Positions 1 through 9,853 are shown, counted from the stretch's first letter. The stretch: 64,000 nucleotides of DNA from Thermodesulfobacteriota bacterium (GCA_965216785.1 OZ244197.1:2432001-2496000), one strand, 5' to 3'. Program-made: numbers and translations. The notes: generated by a model from the sequence alone, not told the origin.

Positions 1-7
1 GGTCGAA

Positions 8-355
8 TTAACTACTAGAGAAGTGTCTGCCGATGAGGCTGTTGTAGTAAAAATTCATGAGGTGCTCAAGGGATTTGATGAAGATATCCACGGCCTCGTC
101 TATACCATCTTTACTTGAGAGGTACTTTGATACTTCGTCGTTTCCACCAAGCTGGATTTCAAGCGTTTGCTGAAAGGAATCCACCAGCTCGTCCTCTTCG
201 TCCTTAATTATGGCCTCGATAAGACCCTCGTCCTGAAGGTCGTATTTTTTGGCCTCAAGCGCTTTTTTAAGAGCGTCCTTTACCTGCGGCGTGCGCAGCT
301 CATGATAGCGCCCGGACGCTTTGTCGAATACTTTGAGTAAGTCGTCTATATACAT
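8..355 (-). CDS. hypothetical acidic helical protein
   Basis: 115-aa ORF, last of a run of minus-strand genes; no recognised motif. Confidence 0.7.
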   Translation of the reverse strand: MYIDDLLKVFDKASGRYHELRTPQVKDALKKALEAKKYDLQDEGLIEAIIKDEEDELVDSFQQTLEIQLGGNDEVSKYLSSKDGIDEAVDIFIKSLEHLMNFYYNSLIGRHFSSS

Positions 356-417
356 AGCGCGAGAATTATAACAGATGTACCGCTACATTGCATATACGGG
401 CAAAGTATATCCATGAG

Positions 418-1266
418 TTACAGCCTGTCTTTTTGTTTTGTCTTGTTTTTTGGATTTTGCGCGATCTCTTTATTTATCCTGGAGATCATGATCAGGGCAT
501 ATTTTCTGTTAAGATACCAGTCCGGATAGAAGGCAGGGTCTTTATCCTTTACAAGCTCTTGGAGCACTGTGAGCGCCTCTTCATAGCGTTTCTGCTTCTT
601 AAGGTTCATTGCGAGATATAGTTTCGCGGAGGACAGGTGCGGATCGACGCTAAGCGCGCGTCTAATGTAGATTTCTGAAATCTGCATATCGCCGCCCAGG
701 ATACCTGGCAGATAATAGAAAAGCGCTCCCTGCATGGCGAGCCCGTTCTCGTGGTTAGGGTCAAGCTCTAAAATAAGATCGAGCTCTCTTCTTACCTCTG
801 GGAGCATGAATAGGGAGTTAAAGAGTCCTTTGGCATCCCCGAGTGAAGCCAGGTTGGCAACGTAGAAAAAATGTGCGTCCGGGTTACCAGGCTCAATCTC
901 TACAGCTTTCTCGGCAGCTCTGGTGCCATTCTCAAACACCCTGATGAGCTCTTCCTTGCTTCTGGCTTTAACGTAGCCGTAAGTGAGCCATGCCCGTGAA
1001 AGAAGAAGCAGCGCATCCACGTCGTCAGGCTCTGCTGCAAGCTTTTCTTCGAGCACTTTAATGGTCTTATCTATGTTTGAGGGATCTCTATGGTAGAGAG
1101 CAAGAACTTCCCAGGCTCGATCGAGTCCGTTCAACGAAGGATCGAGCCCGCTACCCTTTGACGGCGCGGCGGGCTCATCTGCGTAGAGAAATGCAGCGGT
1201 TACGGAGCATATTAAAAAGATAAGGATAGATAAGATATAGAATCGAGTAGAGCTTGTTTTTATCAT
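418..1266 (-). CDS. exported TPR-like protein (TatT-like helical repeat family)
   Basis: N-terminal signal/TM; TPR-like segments (AEKAVEIEPGNPDAHFFY, ILELDPNH, LPGILGGD..IRRALSVDP). Confidence 0.75.
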   Translation of the reverse strand: MIKTSSTRFYILSILIFLICSVTAAFLYADEPAAPSKGSGLDPSLNGLDRAWEVLALYHRDPSNIDKTIKVLEEKLAAEPDDVDALLLLSRAWLTYGYVKARSKEELIRVFENGTRAAEKAVEIEPGNPDAHFFYVANLASLGDAKGLFNSLFMLPEVRRELDLILELDPNHENGLAMQGALFYYLPGILGGDMQISEIYIRRALSVDPHLSSAKLYLAMNLKKQKRYEEALTVLQELVKDKDPAFYPDWYLNRKYALIMISRINKEIAQNPKNKTKQKDRL

Positions 1267-1293
1267 ATCTCCCGTCGGGTCTTAAAATATGAC

Positions 1294-2316
1294 TTACTTA
1301 AACTTGTTAAGCCCTTCGAGTAGAGAATAAATAAGTTTGATCGTATCTTCAATATCGGTTTTATACGCAAGACAGCTCGGGCTGTGGAGATAGCGGACCG
1401 GTACCGAGACCACGGCGGCCCGGCTTCCTTTCCCTGTAACCTGCATTGCAGTCGCGTTTGTGCTGCCGGCTTTTTTCACCGTTACCTGATAGGGGATCTT
1501 TTTCTTCTTCGCAGTGTCCATCAGGAAGTAACTAAACGGTCGGTTCGCTACAAGGAAGCGGTCAGATAGTCTAATCTCAGGGCCCTTAAGCACATTCGCA
1601 AGCGTTTTATATTCCGTGACGCCTGGAATGTCCATGGCCACTGTGCCTTCAAGAGCGACCACAAAATCTGGCTCGTAGACCGGGACTATGACACGGGCGC
1701 CTCTTAGGCCTACTTCTTCCTGAACTGTAGCCGTTAGATAGAGGTCGCATCCTAGTTTCGGCTTTCGTTTTAGTGCTTCCAGCATAACAAAAAGCCCGAC
1801 TCTGTCGTCTATCGCCTTTGAGATAATCGCGTCCTCAGTCTCCTCAAAAGGAGCGTTGAACGAGACAACGTCGCCAATCGATACGAGCTTCTTCACTTTG
1901 TCTGCCTGCAAACCAAGATCGACTACACAGTCCTCTACCTCGGGGACTTCTTTATTGTTACCGGTCTTGCTTATGTGAGGGGGTACGGCTGCCACCATTC
2001 CAAGGAGCGGCTTTTTACCCCAAATCGTGAGCCTTTGGCCGTAAAATACTCTAGGGTCCATTCCCCCGAGAGATGTAAGACGCAGGAACCCTTTTGAATC
2101 TATATGGTTCACCATAAAACCGACTTCGTCGGTGTGAGCGTCAAGCACGAGCTTTGGCCCTTTGCCGGGTATATGGGCAATGATATTCCCGAGAGCGTCT
2201 TCTGTGACCTCTTTAGTTAGTTTTCCGAACTCTTTTTTAATAATGTCCTTTACAGGACCTTCAGCCCCGGGAAGACCGGGCGCCTCGCAAAGTGTTTTGA
2301 GTAGTTTTATATTCAT
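1294..2316 (-). CDS. M42 family metallo-aminopeptidase (FrvX/TET-like)
   Basis: AHTDEVG, KAIDDR, QEEVGLRGA and RYLHSP metal-binding motifs. Confidence 0.93.
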   Translation of the reverse strand: MNIKLLKTLCEAPGLPGAEGPVKDIIKKEFGKLTKEVTEDALGNIIAHIPGKGPKLVLDAHTDEVGFMVNHIDSKGFLRLTSLGGMDPRVFYGQRLTIWGKKPLLGMVAAVPPHISKTGNNKEVPEVEDCVVDLGLQADKVKKLVSIGDVVSFNAPFEETEDAIISKAIDDRVGLFVMLEALKRKPKLGCDLYLTATVQEEVGLRGARVIVPVYEPDFVVALEGTVAMDIPGVTEYKTLANVLKGPEIRLSDRFLVANRPFSYFLMDTAKKKKIPYQVTVKKAGSTNATAMQVTGKGSRAAVVSVPVRYLHSPSCLAYKTDIEDTIKLIYSLLEGLNKFK

Positions 2317-2376
2317 AAGGGACTCATTATAACCAAGGTTTTTCTAATTGCCAGTTGCTCTATTGTCGTACCAACT

Positions 2377-3111
2377 CTATAAACCCCACCCGCCGCTCAG
2401 CTGAATGTTGCTGCCGTTAACGTAGGAGGCCTCATCTGAAAGTAAGTAAAGGGCGGCGTTAACAGCGTCATCAGTGGAGCCAATATAGCCTGCGGGTATT
2501 CGTTTAACCATAGACTCAAGCTCTTCCATGGGTGCGCTGCCGGAATTAATAAACCCGGGGGATATGGCGTTTACGGTAATCCCATCAGGCGCAAGCGCTC
2601 TTGCGAGAGAGCGGGTAAGCATCAGTACGCCTGCTTTAGCGATGTAATGCGCCGTAATCTCAGTCTGGGCTATCAGTTTATCCGCGTTTGCCATACTGAA
2701 ATTTATTATCCGTCCCCACCCGCGCTCTTTCATACCTGCTGAAACTGCCTGGCTCATGTAAAAAACAGAGTGCAGGTTGTTGTCGAACATACTGTTCCAG
2801 CCCTCCGGCGTCTCTTTAAGAATATTGACCCTGTGATAAGGCCCGGCGCAGTTAACGAGAGTGTCAATGCGGCCCCAGACATCCTCGACATTTTTTACAA
2901 GCTCTTTACATGACGCGGGATCTGACACATCGGCTTTGAAACTAAGCCCTTTAGCTCCCTTCTCCTCGACCTCTTTTACCGTCTCTTGGGCATCGGGCTC
3001 ACTCGTTCTGAAACAAACTGCTACCGACCATCCTCTTGAGGCCAGCTCAAGCCCGATTGCTCTTCCGATCCCCCTTGCTCCCCCTGTAATTAACGCGACT
3101 TTTTCACTCAT
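2377..3111 (-). CDS. SDR oxidoreductase, pteridine-reductase-like, atypical catalytic motif
   Basis: TGGARGIG, NCAG, VNAISPG, C-terminal SGGWGL; HYIAK in place of YxxxK. Confidence 0.85.
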   Translation of the reverse strand: MSEKVALITGGARGIGRAIGLELASRGWSVAVCFRTSEPDAQETVKEVEEKGAKGLSFKADVSDPASCKELVKNVEDVWGRIDTLVNCAGPYHRVNILKETPEGWNSMFDNNLHSVFYMSQAVSAGMKERGWGRIINFSMANADKLIAQTEITAHYIAKAGVLMLTRSLARALAPDGITVNAISPGFINSGSAPMEELESMVKRIPAGYIGSTDDAVNAALYLLSDEASYVNGSNIQLSGGWGL

Positions 3112-3177
3112 TTTTTCTCCTTTGTTCAGACTGTATGTAAGACATTTGAGCGCCTGTATATTAATTGTCAGATCAAA

Positions 3178-4257
3178 TCACAACAGGAAAGAGTAGATCA
3201 CTATCAGTATGAACGCTGAGGGAAAGAAAATGCGGGAATAAAAGTCTATTCTTTCAGCGAGCTCACCCTTTCCCTTTACACTAAGACTGCCTGTAGTAAC
3301 TGACTCGACCAGAGCTATAAATATCAACAGTGTCGAGCCGAATACGAACTTGTCGAAGCGGGTAAGATAGTCAACATTCGGAATAATATTGCCAATTGCA
3401 AACCGGTACGCGATCAGCGTGAGCATAGAGGTAACGGATAATCCTATTTGCGGACCGATTTGACTCGGAGGAATCCAGAATACAGTCCAGGACATAAATA
3501 CAATTAAAAACATCGGAAATATTACTTTCCATATGTAATAACGAGTATTACGGTCTGCGTTATATTCAAATATAAAGCGGGAGTAAGACTTCTGACCGAT
3601 CCGGCTCTTTAAGACATATTCAGAAGAATTTACAGTAGGATGAGTGCTAATGTACCAGTCGACTATTGAAAACTCTTCTGACCTTCCGGTATAACTTTCA
3701 TCTAATAAAAACAATACCTCATCCGTACTGTACGCCTTTGATACAATGTCTATACGAAGGGGACGTGAATCGAAAGGAAAATCTTTAACATCGGAAAGAG
3801 TAAGCACGTCTCCATAGTAAATCTGTGCATATTCCACAGCTCCCTCACAGTTTACCCATACTATATTTTGTTCCAGCTCCGCAAGGCTTCGCTTGTTTAG
3901 GAGAAATATTTGCGGATGCCAAACCTGGTCAAGATCAAACTTGCGAACTAACTTTGGGTCTTCTCCCTCCTTGCAAGCCAAACGCGGGTCTTTCCATATA
4001 AAAGTTATAGCAAACTTAGCTCTAAAGCTTTGCTCAGAGCCACTGACACTTTCAATATTAATAATTTGTAAACCGGTGGATACCTTAGTCGGAACACCTT
4101 CGGAGTCAGGACGGGATAAATATGTCGAGCCCGTGCTTTTAATTTCCTCTGCCAATAGGGAGCCTGGCAGAATAAAAACAAGAAAAATTATCGTGCCGCT
4201 TCGGATTACGAACAAAAAATGCTCTCTCATTCCTCTTAGCTCCGATTCTATAAACAT
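3178..4257 (-). CDS. prokaryotic pentameric ligand-gated ion channel (ELIC/GLIC-like); start may be 4230
   Basis: signal peptide, WHPQI loop, FPFD Pro-loop, pre-M1 R-x5-YIWKVIFP, four TM helices with M2 QIGLSVTSMLTLIAY. Confidence 0.9.
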   Translation of the reverse strand: MFIESELRGMREHFLFVIRSGTIIFLVFILPGSLLAEEIKSTGSTYLSRPDSEGVPTKVSTGLQIINIESVSGSEQSFRAKFAITFIWKDPRLACKEGEDPKLVRKFDLDQVWHPQIFLLNKRSLAELEQNIVWVNCEGAVEYAQIYYGDVLTLSDVKDFPFDSRPLRIDIVSKAYSTDEVLFLLDESYTGRSEEFSIVDWYISTHPTVNSSEYVLKSRIGQKSYSRFIFEYNADRNTRYYIWKVIFPMFLIVFMSWTVFWIPPSQIGPQIGLSVTSMLTLIAYRFAIGNIIPNVDYLTRFDKFVFGSTLLIFIALVESVTTGSLSVKGKGELAERIDFYSRIFFPSAFILIVIYSFLL

Positions 4258-4456
4258 TACTTTCGGGATTGGCTGGAGATTTAAATAGATAGTTCATTTC
4301 AATCTATACAAGCCCTATTTCATCCCTACATATTCATGATAAAAGACACCTTTGTATATCGTTAAACAGACTATACTTGCAACACTTATCATTTTCAAAA
4401 TTCATCCGATATTCTCGCTTCATACAGGGTATTCATGTTGCCCCCCTTAGAATTAA

Positions 4457-4813
4457 CTAAAAGGTCACCACTTTCCAGCCCTCGTTAAGTAGCGTTCTTA
4501 TACTCGGATGCCCGTCGTACTCGGCTTCTACCGGAAGGCTCTGCTCTTCTACTTCCTTTGCGACGTTAAAGGCCCCGGCGCAGTATTCACACACAGAGAC
4601 CTTATCCTTCACCTGATCGTAGAGCTCACGGTAGGGCTGCTCGGGTTTTGTGAACTGCTTTACCCACCTGGTACCCGCGCCGTCAAGTATCAGCTTTACC
4701 TCTTCGCCCGCTTCTTTATATTCCTTAACGGTTATCATCGCGTTTACCACGCGCCCCATACCCTCGTAGTCTTGCGTGTCCGAAAGAACGATTATCGCAG
4801 CTTTGTCAGCCAT
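4457..4813 (-). CDS. DsrE/DsrF-like small protein with CxxC
   Basis: VKLILDGAGT, CEYCA, terminal GWKVVTF; GAGGAGG RBS. Confidence 0.8.
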   Translation of the reverse strand: MADKAAIIVLSDTQDYEGMGRVVNAMITVKEYKEAGEEVKLILDGAGTRWVKQFTKPEQPYRELYDQVKDKVSVCEYCAGAFNVAKEVEEQSLPVEAEYDGHPSIRTLLNEGWKVVTF

Positions 4814-4844
4814 GACTGACCTCCTCTTAGTTTTTATGGCCTTC

Positions 4845-6542
4845 TTACTTAACTCTGGGCGGTCTGCCGTTATTGGCGGCCACCCTTGAGCCCCACTCTA
4901 AAAGCTCCTTACTGCAGTCGTCTCTGTCGAGCATGACCTCTATCAAGCACGGCCCTCCCTTATGTGAAAGCGCCGTTTTTATGGCCTTTTCAAGCTCTCC
5001 CTCCGTTGAAACCCTCTCAGACCACCCGTTTCCTTCTCCCGCGTTGAATACGTCCATAATCCCTGCGTAGTCCCAGTTTTTGATATTATTATAGGGACCG
5101 TCGTGTATCTCGACCTCGATCGTATACCCGCCGTTATTAAGTAAAAATATTATCGGGTTCAGCTCGTATCTTATCATGGTCGAGAGCTCCTGGGCGGTCA
5201 GCTGGAATGAGCCGTCTCCAATGAATGAGAGCAAGCGGTGGTCTTTTGCAGAGCCAAGAGAATATCCGAGCGTTGCTCCTACGGACCAGCCGATGGAGCC
5301 GTACTGCATTTGTATCTCAAATTTTGCCCCCTCGGGCAGATCTAGCTTCATACAGTTAAACCAGGAGTCCCCTGTTTCAGCTAACACCGCGGTTTTAGAG
5401 TCCAGGATTCCCTGAATCTGCGAAAAGAGCCTTCTCGTGGTAATCGGCTCGTCTTTCTTAACGGGAGGCTCAGGGGCAAAATCCATCTTAACGCGCTTAT
5501 AGGCTTTAAGTGACGAGTCGTTTGGCTTTACCTCTTTTGCGAGCGCTTCCAGGAACTCACCGATCATTACCTTGTTGTAGGTTACGTTCGGGAGTCTCAC
5601 AAAATCGCGCCCGGCGTGAATTAGCTTTTCGGGGTTAATGAGGTCGGAGAACCCGCAAGTGGTGTAGTCTGTGAACCTCGGACCGGTAAATAGGTATACG
5701 TTTGCGGACTCCACAATTTCATTTGTGCCCGGGCTGCTGACCGGGCCCCAGTAGGTGCCGATGTAGTTTGGGTGATTTTCAGATACATAACCCTTAGCGC
5801 CCGGCATGGAGGCAAAAGCGTAATTTGAAGCCTTTAGAAGTTTTTCAAATGAATTCTCTGCGCAGCATGCCCTGAGCTCTTCTCCTGTGACGGCAATTGG
5901 TTTTGCGGCTGCGTTAAGAAAATCGGCTGCCGCCTTTACCGCCCCCTTAAGAGCGCTCGGGTCGCTCTTAACTCTACTTATAAAATTGCGTTTATGGGGC
6001 GCTGGTATGTATTGACTTGCGAGGTTACAGGGTACCTCAATGTACACGGGCTTGCGCTCGCTTACGCAAGTGGAGATAGTCTCGTCTATTAAATAAGGCG
6101 CGTCTTCAAGATGCTTCACTATGACGGCAGCCGCGGCGGCGTGGGCGAATATGTCTCTTTGATATCCGTAACTCACCCTCCCGGGCGTATGGTGAAGCAC
6201 CTGGTTTTCTACTTCGGAATTGGTGTTAGGGCCTCCGCTTATTACGATTACCGGCATGTCTTCCGCGTAGGAGCCCGCGGTCGCGTTAAGCGCGCTCAGG
6301 CCGCCTACCGAAAACGTTACCACCTGTGCGGCGATACCGTTTGCGCGCGCGTAACCGTCAGCCGCGTACCCGCCGTTAAGCTCGTTACAACAGGAGATCA
6401 TGGTTAGATCAGGGTTTTTGAGCAGCTCGTCGAGTAATACTAAATTATAGTCACCGGGGACTGAGAAATAATGCTTTATTCCAAGCTCCACGAGTCTTGA
6501 CGCCAGATATGAGCCTACTGTGACCATGCCGTTTTCATTCAT
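4845..6542 (-). CDS. pdc: pyruvate decarboxylase (ThDP-dependent, Zymomonas/plant type)
   Basis: [71 protein letters not shown]; start moved to the ATG at 6542 after a GGGGGT RBS. Confidence 0.85.
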   Translation of the reverse strand: MNENGMVTVGSYLASRLVELGIKHYFSVPGDYNLVLLDELLKNPDLTMISCCNELNGGYAADGYARANGIAAQVVTFSVGGLSALNATAGSYAEDMPVIVISGGPNTNSEVENQVLHHTPGRVSYGYQRDIFAHAAAAAVIVKHLEDAPYLIDETISTCVSERKPVYIEVPCNLASQYIPAPHKRNFISRVKSDPSALKGAVKAAADFLNAAAKPIAVTGEELRACCAENSFEKLLKASNYAFASMPGAKGYVSENHPNYIGTYWGPVSSPGTNEIVESANVYLFTGPRFTDYTTCGFSDLINPEKLIHAGRDFVRLPNVTYNKVMIGEFLEALAKEVKPNDSSLKAYKRVKMDFAPEPPVKKDEPITTRRLFSQIQGILDSKTAVLAETGDSWFNCMKLDLPEGAKFEIQMQYGSIGWSVGATLGYSLGSAKDHRLLSFIGDGSFQLTAQELSTMIRYELNPIIFLLNNGGYTIEVEIHDGPYNNIKNWDYAGIMDVFNAGEGNGWSERVSTEGELEKAIKTALSHKGGPCLIEVMLDRDDCSKELLEWGSRVAANNGRPPRVK

Positions 6543-6724
6543 TTTAAATAGACCCCCAATAAGAGTTGATAAAACATTATAAAAACTCCCAGATTTAGTT
6601 ACAAGCACTGTTGCACATAATTACTAAGTCGCCTGTATATATTTTTGCAATTTAATTTTCGGTTAATAAAGCTGTATAATGGCTATCAACTACTAGATAT
6701 CCCATACTTTGGAGGAGAAATTCT

Positions 6725-8101
6725 ATGCCAGCTAAATTTGACGCGATAGTGATAGGTACCGGGCAGTCGGGCCCTGCGCTTGCCGGCAGGATGTCCGGGG
6801 CCGGAATGAAAGTGGCGGTGCTGGAGAGAAAACTTTTCGGAGGCACGTGTGTAAATACAGGATGCATACCTACAAAAACCCTGGTCGCGAGCGCTCGGGC
6901 CGCTCATGTAGCCAGAACGGGAGCGGAATATGGAGTTATGATCGACGGCTCCATCGAAGTGGATATGAAGAGGGTTAAAGCAAGAAAAGACGAGGTGTCG
7001 GGAACATCAAACAAGAACGTGGAGAGCTGGGTCAGAGGAATGGAGAACGTTACCGTGTATGAGGGACACGGCCGTTTTGAATCCCCGAACACAGTGAGTG
7101 TGAACGGGGAAATCTTAGAGGCGGAAAAAATATTCATTAACGTTGGCGGCAGAGCATTCGTGCCGCCGATGCCTGACGGAGAGGGGCTTTCCTATCTCAC
7201 GAATACCGGGATGATGGAGATTGATTTTTTGCCCGAGCATCTGGTTATTATCGGGGGTAGTTACATCGGGCTTGAGTTCGCTCAGATGTACAGACGCTAT
7301 GGAAGCGAGGTTACTGTAATCGAGAAAGGCCCGCGTTTGATCGGCAGGGAAGACGAAGACGTCTCGGACGCAGTGAGGAGAATAATGGAGAAAGAGGGAA
7401 TTAATCTCAGGCTGAATGCTGAGTGTATTAACGCTAAGAAGCATGAAAAAGGGGTAGAGGTCGAAGTTGACTGCACGCAGGGGGATACGAGCGTTGTCGG
7501 AACGCACCTTCTGTGGGCTGTGGGAAGAGTGCCTAATACAGATGACCTGGGGCTCGATAAAGCCGGAATAGAGACTAACAACAGAGGATACATTCAGGTG
7601 GACGATCAGTGCCGGACCAACGTGCCGGGTGTGTGGGCCATCGGAGACTGTAACGGTAAAGGCGCGTTCACTCACACTTCCTATAACGACTTTGAGATTG
7701 TCGCGGCCAATCTCCTGGACAAAGACCCGCGCAGGATAAGCGACCGGATACTGTGCTATGGCCTTTTCATCGACCCGCCTCTCGGCAGAGCTGGCATGAC
7801 AGAGCAGCAGGTTAGGGATTCAGGGCGTAAGGCGCTCATTGGGAAAAGGATGATGAGCAGGGTAGGACGCGCCCGGGAAAGGGGAGAGACAGAGGGGTTT
7901 ATTAAGATAATAGTGGACGCAGAGACAAAACAGATACTGGGAGCCGCGATACTGGGGGTCGAAGGAGATGAGGCGGTACACTGCATTCTGGACATCATGT
8001 ACGCGAAAGCCCCGTATACCGTAATAAAAAGAGCTATGCACATTCACCCCACAGTGTCAGAGCTGATACCCACAGTGCTCGGTGAGCTAAAGCCTCTTTA
8101 G
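6725..8101 (+). CDS. FAD-dependent pyridine nucleotide-disulfide oxidoreductase (MerA/Lpd/RclA superfamily)
   Basis: GTGQSG FAD motif, GGTCVNTGCIPTK redox disulfide, HPTVSE dyad; no C-terminal Cys-Cys of MerA. Confidence 0.92.
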   Translation: MPAKFDAIVIGTGQSGPALAGRMSGAGMKVAVLERKLFGGTCVNTGCIPTKTLVASARAAHVARTGAEYGVMIDGSIEVDMKRVKARKDEVSGTSNKNVESWVRGMENVTVYEGHGRFESPNTVSVNGEILEAEKIFINVGGRAFVPPMPDGEGLSYLTNTGMMEIDFLPEHLVIIGGSYIGLEFAQMYRRYGSEVTVIEKGPRLIGREDEDVSDAVRRIMEKEGINLRLNAECINAKKHEKGVEVEVDCTQGDTSVVGTHLLWAVGRVPNTDDLGLDKAGIETNNRGYIQVDDQCRTNVPGVWAIGDCNGKGAFTHTSYNDFEIVAANLLDKDPRRISDRILCYGLFIDPPLGRAGMTEQQVRDSGRKALIGKRMMSRVGRARERGETEGFIKIIVDAETKQILGAAILGVEGDEAVHCILDIMYAKAPYTVIKRAMHIHPTVSELIPTVLGELKPL

Positions 8102-8189
8102 CGGTAATACGTACTTGAGTCTGCCATCCCGCTTCGTTACACTTAGAGTGGATATAAGGCAGGACCTATAAAAACGGAGGGTTTTCAAC

Positions 8190-8717
8190 ATGAGAGCAGC
8201 AACAGCAATTCTACTTATTATTTTAATGTCAGCGGCATACGCTGAAACCGGATTCACACAGACGGCTCAGCAATATGTGCAGCAGGGAGACGCAAAAGCC
8301 GAGACGGGTGATATTAACGGCGCTATCGAAGACTTCACGAAAGCTATTAAAGCGGATCCCAAGTTGGCGGAAGCCTATTACAACAGGGGTTACGCATACG
8401 CGATAACTCAGCAATTCAAAAAAGCGGATAAGGATTTCACAAAAGCAATTGAATTAAACCCCAGCTTTGCTCAAGCATACCTTAGACGGGGCGCGGTGAA
8501 GACTAATGAGAACAATAATAAAGGGGCGATAAAAGATTTCGATAAAGCGATAGAGATACAGCCAACTTACGCCGAAGCCTACTACGTAAGAGGGTACGTA
8601 TATATAGAGATGGGGCAAAAGAAAAAGGGATGCGAGGACTTAAAAAAAGCAGGGGAGCTTGGGTTATCACAGCACGCTCAATTCAACCAAGTGCTAAATC
8701 AACAGTGCGGGCAGTAG
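8190..8717 (+). CDS. secreted tetratricopeptide repeat protein
   Basis: signal peptide and about 4 TPRs (AEAYYNRG, AQAYLRRG, AEAYYVRG). Confidence 0.9.
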   Translation: MRAATAILLIILMSAAYAETGFTQTAQQYVQQGDAKAETGDINGAIEDFTKAIKADPKLAEAYYNRGYAYAITQQFKKADKDFTKAIELNPSFAQAYLRRGAVKTNENNNKGAIKDFDKAIEIQPTYAEAYYVRGYVYIEMGQKKKGCEDLKKAGELGLSQHAQFNQVLNQQCGQ

Positions 8718-8745
8718 ACTTAAAGAAGTCTTTGGGGCGGCTCTT

Positions 8746-9129
8746 ATGAAAAAGATTTTAATTCTAGCCATTGTAACAGGATTTTTGCTCCCTCAATATC
8801 AGGCGGCAGCAAACTCGGACACTGTTAATATTGAGCTTTCTATATTGTTTACAATAAAAAACCACTGTGAAAGAAAGCTAAGACGCTGCTTCTCTGACAG
8901 AAGCGTTGCCAGGGCTCTAATAAGTCAAATTAAAAACACTCCTATAAACTTTGTCGAGGCAAAATGCACGGACATCTGCACCTCACCTTCTGAAATACGC
9001 GATACGAGGAGCTGCACGGACGAGCAGTGTGACGACCGCTGCGACGTTACGGGAGGGCTTGACGACGCATATTTTATAGAGCTGATTGAGCTCCGAAGGT
9101 ATGATGAGCTTCAAGTAATATGTAAATAG
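8746..9129 (+). CDS. secreted Cys-rich hypothetical protein
   Basis: MKKILIL.. signal peptide ending AAA; 8 Cys in the mature part. Confidence 0.65.
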   Translation: MKKILILAIVTGFLLPQYQAAANSDTVNIELSILFTIKNHCERKLRRCFSDRSVARALISQIKNTPINFVEAKCTDICTSPSEIRDTRSCTDEQCDDRCDVTGGLDDAYFIELIELRRYDELQVICK

Positions 9130-9169
9130 ACCCATATGAGTCCTTTTTGAGCGCAGGTCATCATATCCT

Positions 9170-9778
9170 TTGATGATTAAGGCTATATCGCTTCTAAAAA
9201 CAACGCCCACCGCTTTAATTAAGAATCTGGTTTTCTGTCTTTGGCTAAAAGACGCCCGTTTCAAGCTCAGGAGAATACAAAAATATTTATCTCAAGATGA
9301 CAGAATTTTGGATATCGGTGCGGGCGCGGGCAGTGTGTGTACACTACTTAAGTCAAAAGGCTACGGTGTCACGCCGCTTGATGTAGAAGACCGCACCCTT
9401 ACCACGGGCGTTAACCCCGTAATTTACGACGGGAAGATTATTCCGTTTCCCGATAATTCATTTGATACGGTGCTCATTCTTACTGTTTTACATCATACAC
9501 AAGACCCGGAAAAGATTTTATCCGAAGCTAAGAGAGTAGGGGGCAAAATTGTAATCATAGAGGATATATACACAAACGTCTTCCAAAAATACCTGACATA
9601 TATATTCGATTCTCTGTTTAATCTTGAGTTTATCGGCCACCCGCACACTAACAAATCCGATGGTGAGTGGAAAGGGCTTTTCAGGGACCTCGGACTCACA
9701 CTTGTGGACTCTAGATACGATTCCTTCCTGTTTTTCTTCAAACAGGCGACTTATCGCGTTGTGTCAGATTCCATATAG
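9170..9778 (+). CDS. class I SAM-dependent methyltransferase
   Basis: ILDIGAGAG, PFPDNSFD, VLHH motifs. Confidence 0.88.
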   Translation: MMIKAISLLKTTPTALIKNLVFCLWLKDARFKLRRIQKYLSQDDRILDIGAGAGSVCTLLKSKGYGVTPLDVEDRTLTTGVNPVIYDGKIIPFPDNSFDTVLILTVLHHTQDPEKILSEAKRVGGKIVIIEDIYTNVFQKYLTYIFDSLFNLEFIGHPHTNKSDGEWKGLFRDLGLTLVDSRYDSFLFFFKQATYRVVSDSI

Positions 9779-9853
9779 ACTCTATCGAATATAATCTGTA
9801 ATATTAAATTACGCATTTTGAGCATCAAATATATTGCAGAGGGAATCGCTGGC

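Noticed and set aside
3642-3650. GAGTGCTAA CIRCE right half
   Set aside because: Inside a coding sequence, with no left half
6725-8101. Mercuric reductase / mer operon
   Set aside because: No NmerA domain, no C-terminal Cys-Cys, and no merR/T/P nearby
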